The notes under the pieces are model-generated. The model was not told where the DNA came from, searched no databases, and was given only the letters and a program-made list of their open reading frames with translations. From NCBI GenBank assembly GCA_963752155.1, contig CAVVXH010000010.1, positions 32,001-96,000 of the forward strand: a stretch of DNA of 64,000 nucleotides. Direction: 5' to 3'. A program made the translations under genes and the position numbers. This document shows, piece after piece, positions 30,548-40,574 of this stretch (position 1 is the stretch's first letter; each line of letters begins with the position of its first letter). This stretch comes from an uncultured Parachlamydiaceae bacterium (GTDB taxonomy: Bacteria; Chlamydiota; Chlamydiia; Chlamydiales; Parachlamydiaceae).

Positions 30548-30925
30548 GTCCGCGGCGTTCCCTATCGGGAAATAACAAATTTTTAAAGCGCCTTGCCATT
30601 GGTGCCTGACCTGATATTCTGACATTTGCCTAAAATGTAATGTAACCTCCAAGGAGGGCAAATGTCAGAATGTCAGGTCTGGAACCAAGGCCAGAACGTT
30701 ACCTCTCAGAATTAAGTATCTTGTTATTAATTGAAAACGACGCTTTTGCTTCTTTCAGTTTCGTAAAACTTGGGGGTAACGTTCCAGCCTTGGTTCCAGA
30801 CCTGACATTCTGACATTTGCCCTCCTGGGAGGTTACGTTATCATTTTAGGCAAATGTCAGAATATCAGGTCAGGCACCAATGGCAAGGCGCTATTTTTAA
30901 AAAAGCAAACTTGTTATTTAGGAGG
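30548..30925 (+). mobile_element. palindromic element B (long form, nested inverted repeats)
   Basis: Outer arms gcgccttgccattggtgcctgacctgatattctgacatttgcc; inner arms ggcaaatgtcagaatgtcaggtctggaaccaaggc; near-identical to 59755-60135. Confidence 0.85.
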
Positions 30926-31002
30926 AATTAGAGTAGGGGCGGAGATTAACCCACCTCTACTCTAATGCCTTGCGTTTAGTTATTTCTGAAATGACAAGTT
31001 TG

Positions 31003-31032
31003 TGGTAGATGTCACAGAGTTGACATCTACCA
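31003..31032. terminator. hairpin downstream of SPFH gene
   Basis: tggtagatgtca-cagagt-tgacatctacca. Confidence 0.55.
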
Positions 31033-31036
31033 CTGT

Positions 31037-31885
31037 TTATTTAACTTGAATAAAAGGAGTTGCTCCGCTTGTTACAGAAGGAAGTTTGCCATCCCATTTT
31101 TGAACAGCTTGCCATTGGATCAGTTCCGGTGTAACTGATTGTGATAAAATGGTATTTGCTTTCGCTTCAGATTCAGCTTGTAATAAAACACACTGAGCCT
31201 GACCTGATGCTTTAGCGACTTGCTTTTTTGCCTCAGCTTCGGCTTCTCTCAACTCGTTTTCTCTTTGCTGTGCTCTTTGAATAGCTTCAATTTTCTGGTT
31301 AAGGGCAACAACAACCGTTTCAGGAAAATGAAATCTTCCAATAAGATAGATCCTAGATATCTCAAATCCAATTCCACGTAATTCTTCCCTCACTTGGCTT
31401 TGTACTTGATCAAAAAAAGTTTCTTTGCTTTCTCCATATAAATCTTCGATCTTCATTTTTGAAGCAGATTTATTGATCGCATCACGAATGTAGTTGCGTA
31501 TAAAAGTGTGGGTGATTTCATCCATTCCTCTTCGGTATTTAGCAAATATATTTGGAATAGAATCTGGTCGAATATGAAAAGTAATGCCAATATCAGCAGA
31601 AATGGCAAGTCCTTCTGACGTTTGAAAGTTAAATGCGTCTTTCCCTTCCCATGTGTGATTTTGTTCAAAAATTGGAAATTGATACACAGTTTTCCAAGGG
31701 GAAATCCAATGCACACCAACGTGCAATTCCTTTGCCTCAACACCTTTAGAATCGCCAAGCATATCTACAACGACTCCAACATAACCAGGACTAATCATCT
31801 TAAAAAAGAAAAGCCAACAAATAATAAAAGTAAACAAGATAGCGACCCCTAAAATGCCAAGGGAACCTTTAGTAGATTTCATCAT
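31037..31885 (-). CDS. SPFH/prohibitin family membrane protein
   Basis: N-terminal TM, PGYVGV, coiled-coil AEAEA region, KWDGKLP. Confidence 0.9.
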   Translation of the reverse strand: MMKSTKGSLGILGVAILFTFIICWLFFFKMISPGYVGVVVDMLGDSKGVEAKELHVGVHWISPWKTVYQFPIFEQNHTWEGKDAFNFQTSEGLAISADIGITFHIRPDSIPNIFAKYRRGMDEITHTFIRNYIRDAINKSASKMKIEDLYGESKETFFDQVQSQVREELRGIGFEISRIYLIGRFHFPETVVVALNQKIEAIQRAQQRENELREAEAEAKKQVAKASGQAQCVLLQAESEAKANTILSQSVTPELIQWQAVQKWDGKLPSVTSGATPFIQVK

Positions 31886-32049
31886 AACCTCATAATTGCT
31901 TTTAATTACCACAACCATTATACACGTTTTCGATATTTTTTGCTATTTGAAAGTATGGATTCTGTTGAAATTTCCAAAAAAAGCGCTTAATTTAAAATCA
32001 CATTCAAGGGTATAATGAAGCTAGACAAGGTAGACAGGAGGTGAGTTAA

Positions 32050-32151
32050 CCTAAAGAGAACTTAGTGAGTTTTTTTAGAAATTCTCCCTTCTATGGAGTA
32101 GAGCTTGATGTAGAACGAAATAAAGACGCTCCAAGGGAGATTGAATTCTAA
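32050..32151 (+). pseudogene. remnant of Phd/YefM-type antitoxin C-terminus
   Basis: Translates PKENLVSFFRNSPFYGVELDVERNKDAPREIEF*; an in-frame stop lies immediately upstream, so it has no start. Confidence 0.5.
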
Positions 32152-32163
32152 AATTTTTGACTA

Positions 32164-32580
32164 TCACTCTTCCAAAAGCAAATAATAACTAATGTTTAAT
32201 GCCTTAGCCAATTTCTTGGCCACTTTTTCGCCGACACCACGCTTCCCATTTTCAATTTTGGAAATTTCGTTTTGATGAACCCCGCTTTTCTTTGCTAATT
32301 CTATCTGAGACATGTCCTCACGATATCTAGCGCCACGTAATACAATTCCGGCTTTTTTATATTTCTCAAGCCTCTCTTTTGCTAAAACTTCCCATGGGGT
32401 CGCTTCCTCCCAAAGGTCTATGTCGCTTTCGGAAATATCTAACTCTTTCAAAAAAGAATTTAATTTTACGCTTGAAGAGGACGGGATGTGATAAAGCATT
32501 TCTTTGCCATCAGGCATTCCAACCTTTACATCAATATAAGAAGGTTCTTCAGTATGGTGCGCCCTCATGTGTGCCGACAT
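32164..32580 (-). CDS. XRE-HTH antitoxin (HigA-like)
   Basis: C-terminal HTH MSQIELAKKSGVHQNEISKIENGKR; downstream of a RelE-like toxin. Confidence 0.85.
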   Translation of the reverse strand: MSAHMRAHHTEEPSYIDVKVGMPDGKEMLYHIPSSSSVKLNSFLKELDISESDIDLWEEATPWEVLAKERLEKYKKAGIVLRGARYREDMSQIELAKKSGVHQNEISKIENGKRGVGEKVAKKLAKALNISYYLLLEE

Positions 32581-32848
32581 AATAAATCTCTATTTGTTTA
32601 AGTTTATAATCAAGAACGGTCCAACAAGCGATATAAGTAGGTTTACCTTTCTTCAGATGACAATGATAAGTATTTTTGGATAATAATCCGTAGTTAGGCC
32701 AGTTAGTCCTTTCGGGACCATCTTTTTTTAATTCCAAAGCCAATAAGTCAATAACATCATTGATGGGTGGTCGGGATCCACTTTGTTTCAACTTTAGGTA
32801 CTGCTTGTCTGCTTTTTTTGAAAAGCGAACAGACCACTCTCTAACCAT
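32549..32848 (-). CDS. RelE/HigB-like toxin
   Basis: 99 aa basic protein, YHCHL..., YVGTHE; toxin-before-antitoxin order. Confidence 0.75.
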   Translation of the reverse strand: MVREWSVRFSKKADKQYLKLKQSGSRPPINDVIDLLALELKKDGPERTNWPNYGLLSKNTYHCHLKKGKPTYIACWTVLDYKLKQIEIYYVGTHEGAPY

Positions 32849-32941
32849 TTTGGTCCTTTAAAGTTCATAATAGCACATGTAACGCCATATGGCAATAAGA
32901 AAAATCAAATGTTCCACTTTTTCGTGCTTGTGTCCGAAAAA

Positions 32942-34396
32942 TTAACTGGAATTGCTGTCAAATGGTTCTTCTAGTAGATCTCTCAGATCTACAATTCGGT
33001 AAAGTAATGGGCTCTCTTCTATTTTCGATGAAACTCCTCCTATATGAAAAAGAGCGATGACTTTACCATATCCTTTGGGCGTTGATAAGATCTCAGATTT
33101 TTCTTTTAGTTCTTGTAGAATAGAAGAACTCAATTCATTCTTACTAAATTTGAATTCACAAATAATTAGGCTATTCGTTTTTGTTTGAATTAAGTAATCA
33201 ATTTGACAGCCTTTTCTCCTTGAAGTTGCGGTTTGAATGAATGGATTGTCGCGAATAATCATCGCTGGGTCGAAGCCTAAGGTATGAAACAAAAATTCTC
33301 TATTGGAGAGCAGAAGGCTTTCAAGCTGAAAACCCATAATAGAATCCCAACCAGGAAGTTGCCCTGTGGCAGCTTTTCGATAAGATCCCTGTTCAATAAG
33401 CTCCCTGTGAGGTTCTACGTATTTTAATTGAAAACGGAGAAAACAATCGCTAAGTCGATAAAGTTTTTGTTTTCCGATCGTACCATTCTTAAAGGACCAT
33501 TGATAATGTTCGGTGATAAAACCTGCAGCAACTAAATTTTTTAAATACTCACTTAATGTTCCACCCTCTTCTAATTTTAAAAGCTCGCGTATTTCTTTTT
33601 GTGTTTCCATTCCGTTAATTAAAACTTGCAGGATTTTGCGGTATGATTCTCCTTTACGTTCAAATAGATCATGGAAAATTGTTTGGAATTCATTTACAAG
33701 TTGACTTGCTGGCTCGAAACAAAGCTCGTAAATATTTTGATCTGCAGTTCCTTTCGGATCTATTAAATCCAGATACCAAGGTATTCCTCCGGTGACAGAT
33801 AAAATCTTTAAAATCTCATAAATTGATCCGCGAAAACCCTTCTTTCTTAGAAAGAGTACTGACTCTTGAATGGATAAAGGTTTTAGATGGAGAACTAAAG
33901 CTATCCTACCAACAAATGCCGTGCTGTGTAAAATATTTTTCTCAATCCATGTCGAGATAGAACCACAAAGAATAAGTATGAGTCCTTGTTTTTTGCTAGC
34001 TTCTTGATCCCACCAGGTCTTTAGGGAACCTAAAAAACTTGGATCCAAGCCACCCATCCAAGAAATCTCATCGAATAGAACGATGATTTCTTCTTTCCCA
34101 ATGTGGGATCCTAGAAATCGGAATGCATCTGACCATGTAGAAAAGCTAACCCGAGGTAAGCCGAGTTGCACACAAAGTTGATCTCCAAATTCATCCCTTT
34201 GCTTTTGTTGAGTTATTCTGGGCGCAGGAAGAAGTCCCGAAATTGTAATAAACTTTTTATCTTTTGCAAATTCCTGCACAAGAGTACTTTTCCCCACTCT
34301 TCTTCGCCCTTTTATCACGACCAAACATGCTTTTTTTAGATGCCTTAGCCGTGATAAACGGTTGAGTTCAAGCTTTCTTCCTAAAAATAAACTCAT
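32942..34396 (-). CDS. archaeal-type ATPase with C-terminal DUF234/nuclease-like domain
   Basis: FLGRKLEL, GRRRVGKST, FDE, TGGIPWY, QID...EFK. Confidence 0.85.
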   Translation of the reverse strand: MSLFLGRKLELNRLSRLRHLKKACLVVIKGRRRVGKSTLVQEFAKDKKFITISGLLPAPRITQQKQRDEFGDQLCVQLGLPRVSFSTWSDAFRFLGSHIGKEEIIVLFDEISWMGGLDPSFLGSLKTWWDQEASKKQGLILILCGSISTWIEKNILHSTAFVGRIALVLHLKPLSIQESVLFLRKKGFRGSIYEILKILSVTGGIPWYLDLIDPKGTADQNIYELCFEPASQLVNEFQTIFHDLFERKGESYRKILQVLINGMETQKEIRELLKLEEGGTLSEYLKNLVAAGFITEHYQWSFKNGTIGKQKLYRLSDCFLRFQLKYVEPHRELIEQGSYRKAATGQLPGWDSIMGFQLESLLLSNREFLFHTLGFDPAMIIRDNPFIQTATSRRKGCQIDYLIQTKTNSLIICEFKFSKNELSSSILQELKEKSEILSTPKGYGKVIALFHIGGVSSKIEESPLLYRIVDLRDLLEEPFDSNSS

Positions 34397-34526
34397 TCTA
34401 TAATCTCCTAATATCTACAGATGTATCATTTAGGAGAATTTAAGGTCAATTGCTAATCTCCTAAACGATGCATTTGCAGATTTTTTTTCCCTAGTTGTAA
34501 AAATTGTGTTGAGTTAAACTGAGTCT

Positions 34527-36086
34527 ATGAAAAAGAGAGTTTTCAGAATTGCAGGACCGCTAGATCCTAATCTTCATTATTTTGTTCCAAATCGACTTGA
34601 TTTGGTGGTAATGGACCGCTTGATTCGTAATGGAGAATATTTCGTTCTGCATGCCCCAAGACAGAGTGGAAAGACGACGGCTATTTTAGAATTTTGCCGC
34701 CATTTGATAGCCCAAGGCACTTACAATGTCTTATATGTTAATATTGAAGCTGCACAGGCAGCGCTTGGAAATATCAAAGAAGGGCTTCTAACAATATTGA
34801 ACGTCTTATTGTCTGCTATTCGAAATCAATTGCCGGAAGAAAAGAGTGTCATCGAATTCCTTGAAAAAAGAGTTGGCGGTTTAGTTCCTGTAGACATGAA
34901 TTCTTTAAATAATGCTTTAGAGCATCTTGCAAAGCATTCATCAAAACCTGTTGTGTTGTTAATCGATGAGATTGACGCTTTGATTGGTGATACGTTGTTA
35001 TCTGTATTGCGACAAATCCGTGCAGGATTTAGTAATGCACCAAAACTATTTCCTCATGCCTTGTGCTTGATAGGTTTGCGCGATGTGCGAGATTATCGAA
35101 TTTGGTCCAAAGTAGAAGGCAGGAATATTTCGACAAGTAGTCCTTTTAATATAAAATCTGAGTCTTTACTTCTTTCTAATTTTACTTTAGATGAAATTGA
35201 TGCTCTTTATGCCCAACACACCGAGGAGACGGGTCAAACGTTTACACCTGAAGCATTGGAATATGTATATTACTTGACAGAAGGACAACCCTGGTTAGTC
35301 AATGCGTTAGCGTATCAAGCTTGTTATCGTGATGTCGAAGATGCTCTTCAACCGATCACGAAAGCGATTATTGAACGTGCAAAAGAGGCGTTAATTAAGA
35401 GAAGAGATACTCATATCGATAGCTTATTTGACAAATTAAATGAAGAGCGCATTTATCCCATTATCGAAGCGATTATTACTGGTGAAACTGATCCCGGTAA
35501 AATTCAGTTCGATGATTTGCAATATATACGCGATCTAGGGCTAGTCCGGAAAGATAGGTTAGAGATCGCTAATCCGATTTATCGAGAAATTATTCCTCGA
35601 GAACTAACCGCAGTATCGTCAGAGTTAATGATACAATCTAGCGCCCCCTTTATAAGGGCAGATTCCAGTTTAGATACTGTTGCCTTGGTGCAAGCTTTTA
35701 TAGATTTCTATCGCGAAAATTCGGCCGTATGGCTTGAGAAATTTATCTATAAAGAAGCAGGGCCCCATTTACTTATGATGGCCTTTCTTCAACGTGTGAT
35801 CAATGGTGGCGGTACTATACAACGTGAATATGCTTTAGGAACAGGTCGTGTAGATATTTTGATTAGATGGAAGAAGCAAATAATAGTGATTGAATTAAAA
35901 ATTTATCATAGGCCTAGTACCATTTCCGAAGGTTTGCAACAAATAGCTAAGTATATGGATATCTCTTCTGCAGCTGAAGGGCATTTAATTCTTTTTGATC
36001 GTGATCCTCATAAATCTTGGGATGAAAAAATATCCTATATTCCTGAAAATTTGAATGGAAAATTAATTCATATTTGGTGTTGTTAA
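34527..36086 (+). CDS. AAA-like ATPase with PD-(D/E)XK domain, paralog of 16873-18426
   Basis: HAPRQSGKTT, LIDEID, REYALGTGRVD...IELK. Confidence 0.85.
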   Translation: MKKRVFRIAGPLDPNLHYFVPNRLDLVVMDRLIRNGEYFVLHAPRQSGKTTAILEFCRHLIAQGTYNVLYVNIEAAQAALGNIKEGLLTILNVLLSAIRNQLPEEKSVIEFLEKRVGGLVPVDMNSLNNALEHLAKHSSKPVVLLIDEIDALIGDTLLSVLRQIRAGFSNAPKLFPHALCLIGLRDVRDYRIWSKVEGRNISTSSPFNIKSESLLLSNFTLDEIDALYAQHTEETGQTFTPEALEYVYYLTEGQPWLVNALAYQACYRDVEDALQPITKAIIERAKEALIKRRDTHIDSLFDKLNEERIYPIIEAIITGETDPGKIQFDDLQYIRDLGLVRKDRLEIANPIYREIIPRELTAVSSELMIQSSAPFIRADSSLDTVALVQAFIDFYRENSAVWLEKFIYKEAGPHLLMMAFLQRVINGGGTIQREYALGTGRVDILIRWKKQIIVIELKIYHRPSTISEGLQQIAKYMDISSAAEGHLILFDRDPHKSWDEKISYIPENLNGKLIHIWCC

Positions 36087-36180
36087 GCTTGCTCAGTATT
36101 GGAAAGTATGAGAGACTTTTTCTATTATCAGATCAAATGACCTCTATCGCGGTCTAGGTATTAATAGGAGAACCTAAAGT

Positions 36181-37299
36181 ATGAAAAAATTGACCTGTAC
36201 CATCCCTGGAAAACAAGTCTCTTATGATATAGAGATGCAAATGGATCTCTTGGATCAACCAAAATTTCTTGCTGATCGTCTAGCCAAACTTGGATCGCGT
36301 TTTGCTATTATAACAAATGCGAATATGGCAGGTTTACATGGGGAAAGATTGAAGAAATCTTTGTCCGAAGCTGGATTAGAGTGGGCTTCCTTTACCTTTC
36401 CATCTGGAGAGCAACATAAAACGCGTTTAATCAAAGAAGAACTGGAAAATCAGTTATTTGAGCAAGGTTTTGGGCGAGATAGTTGTGTTATTGCACTAGG
36501 AGGTGGAGTTGTAACGGATCTTGCTGGATTTCTTGCGGCTACGTATTGTCGTGGAGTTTCTTTGGTCATGATGCCGACTTCTCTTTTAGGGATGGTGGAT
36601 GCGAGTATCGGAGGAAAGACTGGGGTAGATGTCCCTTATGGAAAAAATTTGATAGGAGCTATTTATCAGCCGAAAAAAGTGTTGATCGATCTCTCTACTT
36701 TGCGAACTCTGCCTGTAAGAGAACTTCGCAATGGGGTTGTAGAAATGATCAAGCATGGATTGATTATAGATTCAGCTTATTTTGACTATCTTGATAGGCA
36801 TGCAAAAGAACTTTTGGAATTAAATCCTGAAGTGCTTCAAAAAGTAATTTATGAAAGCTGTCGCATTAAAAAGGAAGTGGTGGAGAGCGATGAAAGAGAA
36901 AGTGGAAAGCGTCACTTGTTGAATTTTGGTCATACCATTGGGCATGCTCTGGAGCATCTTACGCACTATTCAATTGCGCATGGTGAAGCCGTGGCTATTG
37001 GCTTGTTAGTAGAAAGCCATCTTTCAGTCCAACTGGGGTTGTTAGATCAGGTTGACTTCGACAGAACCATAGGTGTTTTAAGGAAATATGGATTGCCATT
37101 GCAATTGCCAAAGCGTTTTTCGAATAAGGAGATGCTTGATGTCATGGCTCTCGATAAAAAATCGCTTAAAGGCAATCCGAGATTTGTGATGATTAACGGT
37201 ATTGGCTCTTCAGTAGAATGTGATGGAGCTTATTGTATGCCTGTAGAGGAAAAGATTCTTTTGAATGCTTTAGATTGGATGTCCTCCTTGAATAAATAG
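36181..37299 (+). CDS. aroB: 3-dehydroquinate synthase
   Basis: ALGGGVVTD, VDASIGGKTG, LNFGHTIGHA, HGEAV. Confidence 0.96.
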   Translation: MKKLTCTIPGKQVSYDIEMQMDLLDQPKFLADRLAKLGSRFAIITNANMAGLHGERLKKSLSEAGLEWASFTFPSGEQHKTRLIKEELENQLFEQGFGRDSCVIALGGGVVTDLAGFLAATYCRGVSLVMMPTSLLGMVDASIGGKTGVDVPYGKNLIGAIYQPKKVLIDLSTLRTLPVRELRNGVVEMIKHGLIIDSAYFDYLDRHAKELLELNPEVLQKVIYESCRIKKEVVESDERESGKRHLLNFGHTIGHALEHLTHYSIAHGEAVAIGLLVESHLSVQLGLLDQVDFDRTIGVLRKYGLPLQLPKRFSNKEMLDVMALDKKSLKGNPRFVMINGIGSSVECDGAYCMPVEEKILLNALDWMSSLNK

Positions 37300-37311
37300 T
37301 TGTCTGTCTGC

Positions 37312-38673
37312 TTATCGGCTAAGGGATCGGATAGCGACTTGAGCTTCTTTAGCATGATCGATGATCGGTGTAGGGTAATTTGGACAAAGAGACCGATTTT
37401 TCTCAAGATACCATTTGTGAATGATTTGTGAAGGGAGCGAACTAAGTTCCGGCACCCACTTTTTGATGTATTGACAATTCAGATCAAACTTTTTAGCCTG
37501 TAGCCACGGATTAAAAATACGGAAATAAGGTTGTGCATCGCAGCCGGTGCTTGCAGCCCATTGCCAATTCCCATTATTCACAGCAGGATCGTAGTCGATT
37601 AAGTGCTGAGCAAAATATTTCTCTCCCCATTGCCAGTTCACATGCAAATCTTTGACAAGAAAGCTGGCCGTAATCATCCTTACACGGTTATGCATAAAGC
37701 CTGTCTGATTGAGCTCTCTCATTCCTGCATCGACGATTGGAAACCCCGTGCTCCCTTGACACCATGCATTGAACTTTTCTTCGTCATTTTGCCAAATCAC
37801 ATTGTTGAATCTCTCTTTAAAAGCTCCGGTGAATACATGTGGAAAATGAAAACCAATTAATGTGAAAAAATCTCGCCAATATAACGACCTAATGAGTTCA
37901 GAATGGGTACCTAAATGATTGATAATCGCGTAATAGACTTCTCTTGTAGAGCATGTGTTAAATTTCAAATGCGCGGATAAATGAGTGGTTTTATCTTGTG
38001 AAGGGAAATCTCTTTCAGAGGCATATAAGGAAAAATTTCGTAAGTGGTTTAGAATGTTGATTCCTTCCTCTCTTCCTCCGGGAAACTGAACTTCTCTTTT
38101 TTTGAGAATTTTATGATAGAGGGTTGAATCTTTTGCGAAAGGGATCGGCTTATTGTAGTAGCTATGACGAAGACTTTCTGTCGGTTTGCACACATCAGAT
38201 TTAGATGCGTTATGATAAAAGGGTGTGAAGATTGTATATGGCTGAAAATCTCTTTTAAGCGTTTCTTTGATCGGATGCAAAAGAAGGTCGTGAGTTGGTT
38301 GAAAGGGGATAGAGTGTTCATTGCAAACCTTCTCTATTTTATGATCTCTACGGATACTATAAGGAGAGTAATCGTGATTAACAAACACCCCTTCTACATG
38401 CAGTGTTTCGATGCATTTTTGGACAACCTCCTCAGGATTTCCATAAAAGAGATAGAGTTTTCCCTTATGTTTAGAGATATCGGCTTCTAAATCTTCTAAT
38501 GACTCGATCATAAATTGAAGGCAGCGGTCGCTTCTGTAAGGGTTCATTTCAATTTGTTCGGGAGTAAAGATAAAGGAAAGAATCACTTCTTCAGCAGATT
38601 TTAAAGCAGCTATGAGGCCTCGATTATCTTGTAAACGTAGATCTCTTCGAAAAATAAATAGTGCACGTTTCAT
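37312..38673 (-). CDS. phrB: DNA photolyase (class I CPD-type)
   Basis: FRRDLRLQDN, WRDF, GSTGFPIVDAGMR, MHNRVRM, DYD..NNGNWQW, FRIFNP. Confidence 0.93.
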   Translation of the reverse strand: MKRALFIFRRDLRLQDNRGLIAALKSAEEVILSFIFTPEQIEMNPYRSDRCLQFMIESLEDLEADISKHKGKLYLFYGNPEEVVQKCIETLHVEGVFVNHDYSPYSIRRDHKIEKVCNEHSIPFQPTHDLLLHPIKETLKRDFQPYTIFTPFYHNASKSDVCKPTESLRHSYYNKPIPFAKDSTLYHKILKKREVQFPGGREEGINILNHLRNFSLYASERDFPSQDKTTHLSAHLKFNTCSTREVYYAIINHLGTHSELIRSLYWRDFFTLIGFHFPHVFTGAFKERFNNVIWQNDEEKFNAWCQGSTGFPIVDAGMRELNQTGFMHNRVRMITASFLVKDLHVNWQWGEKYFAQHLIDYDPAVNNGNWQWAASTGCDAQPYFRIFNPWLQAKKFDLNCQYIKKWVPELSSLPSQIIHKWYLEKNRSLCPNYPTPIIDHAKEAQVAIRSLSR

Positions 38674-38705
38674 GATAGGCCTATAATTAGCTGCCCGAAA
38701 AATTT

Positions 38706-38770
38706 CCTCCTCTGTGTTCTCTGTGATCTCTGTGGTAGATTTTTTTTACCACAGAGAACACAGAGGAGGA
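38706..38770. repeat. inverted 9-bp tandem repeat hairpin (CACAGAGAA type)
   Basis: cctcctctgtgttctctgtgatctctgtggta ... taccacagagaacacagaggagg. Confidence 0.7.
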
Positions 38771-38813
38771 ATAATTGAGCGAAAGTTTCTCGTGTACAGG
38801 TGAACATAGCCGA

Positions 38814-40574
38814 TTAATCAACATTAGCAATCGCTTGCATAACCTCTTGTTCGAAGTGGTCTGGAAGTGAATAAATATAATTGTTCTTCTTATAGCAAAG
38901 TAAAATGGCGTTTCTTATTTTCTCTGTTATAAGTATAGAATCAGTTAAAGGAGATTTTTCAGTCAGTTTTTTAAAGCATGATTTTTTAGTTTCAACCACT
39001 TGTGAGAAAAGAACCGCCACTTGTTTCAACACATCTGTATAGTGAGGATCTATTCGATGTGCAGCTAGTAAATCTAAAGGTTTAATTGGGACCTCTTGTG
39101 TGCCATTAATAACCATATGTTCATACATAGTTGTAATTGATTTCATCTTTTCAGTATAGAACAAAATTGAGCGTAGAAGATAATTATGCACCCATTGATT
39201 GCCCTTAGCAAAATCTTTAATGAATTGAACAATAGTATTGTATTTAAAAGTACCTTCAGTAAACACCTTAGTGCATTTTAATTGTCCATTTTGATTAATC
39301 GTGATATGCTTAGGATGAAGATTATCTGGCGTTTTGTTCTGTTCAATGCACCATTGTAATAGTTTCATTATCGGATCTAGCCGTAGCCTATCTTTGGGTA
39401 AAATCTTTGGGCTTAAGCTCTTCCACGTATAATGATTGATATATTCTCCTATCTTCTCGATAATGGCAAATCGTCCCTTAGGATCTATATCGACATATTT
39501 CGCCGATCTCAGAGCGCAACTCTGTTGCTCGTATATATGTTTTGTTAACACATGATGAGAACAGTTAAGTCCTACTGACAAAACGATGGATGGATTATTC
39601 TCTATGGCAAAGATTATACGGCCATTGTTTTTTAATGGACTTTTTCTTCCTAATTGTTCTCCCAAAATAAATTTACGACCATTGCAACTGATCTCTAGCC
39701 CTGGTTTTAAAGACCGTCCCCATTCAAGAAGCTTCTCATCTTCTTTAGAGAACATCACACATCCTTTTAAATGAAGGGCTGTAAATAATTTTTCTAAACT
39801 TACTTTATGTGTGAAGTTCGTGTTGTTATTTAAATTTTCAAAGACTTCTATAAAACGTCTTAAAGCTTTATCAAAGGTGCGTATAGTGACATTGCACTTA
39901 TTTTTGTTAAGTTTACGGATGATTCTTTTTAATTCTCTTTTTTCTATGTAATTTGGCTCTTGAGCACTTGCTAATTTAAAAAAGAGTGAGAGTGGGAGAA
40001 TCTCTTCAAGGAGTGTTTCGTAAGTGATAATTTTATAAAATCGACGTAAGGAAGTTGTTTTTTTACTGAATTGTAAACAAAAGAATAATTTTGAGAGGGA
40101 TTTGTCTTTTTCACATTGATTTTTGATCCATTTTACAACTCGTGTAGACTCGGGAGTTTTAAGGAATTGTGCCCATTGACATGTTGCAGATTGCCACTTT
40201 ATTAGCGTTAATCGACTTTTTTGAAAATGAGTCTCAATTAAAGAATCTTTGATTTGTGTGTCTTTCAAAACTTCAGTATAATTGATTTGAGCTCCGAGAG
40301 CCTTCTTTCGTAAATCAAAAAAGAGTTCTTGCGTATATTTAATGGCTGATTGTAGTTTTATTTGTTTTGCTTCTGGGTATCCAAAATAGGGAGTCATGTT
40401 GTATACAATCGACCAAAAGTATCCGATATAGCTCTGGTTTGGATTGTAAAGATAAGTTCCACTCCAGTTTGCAACGAGTTCGCTTGGCTGGGGATGGGCC
40501 GGGTCCTGCATTTGTTGATCATAGGCGAGGTCAGAGAGTCTTCGAAGATTATTTTCAAGATAGTCAAAAGTCAC
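38814..40574 (-). CDS. hypothetical protein (possible degenerate kinase-like C-terminal region)
   Basis: 586 aa open frame coupled to the upstream RluA gene; GTG start overlaps its stop. Confidence 0.65.
   Translation of the reverse strand: MTFDYLENNLRRLSDLAYDQQMQDPAHPQPSELVANWSGTYLYNPNQSYIGYFWSIVYNMTPYFGYPEAKQIKLQSAIKYTQELFFDLRKKALGAQINYTEVLKDTQIKDSLIETHFQKSRLTLIKWQSATCQWAQFLKTPESTRVVKWIKNQCEKDKSLSKLFFCLQFSKKTTSLRRFYKIITYETLLEEILPLSLFFKLASAQEPNYIEKRELKRIIRKLNKNKCNVTIRTFDKALRRFIEVFENLNNNTNFTHKVSLEKLFTALHLKGCVMFSKEDEKLLEWGRSLKPGLEISCNGRKFILGEQLGRKSPLKNNGRIIFAIENNPSIVLSVGLNCSHHVLTKHIYEQQSCALRSAKYVDIDPKGRFAIIEKIGEYINHYTWKSLSPKILPKDRLRLDPIMKLLQWCIEQNKTPDNLHPKHITINQNGQLKCTKVFTEGTFKYNTIVQFIKDFAKGNQWVHNYLLRSILFYTEKMKSITTMYEHMVINGTQEVPIKPLDLLAAHRIDPHYTDVLKQVAVLFSQVVETKKSCFKKLTEKSPLTDSILITEKIRNAILLCYKKNNYIYSLPDHFEQEVMQAIANVD

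Noticed and set aside
30548..30925. Element B as a CRISPR array or autonomous IS
   Set aside because: The repeats are inverted rather than direct with spacers, and no transposase ORF is present.
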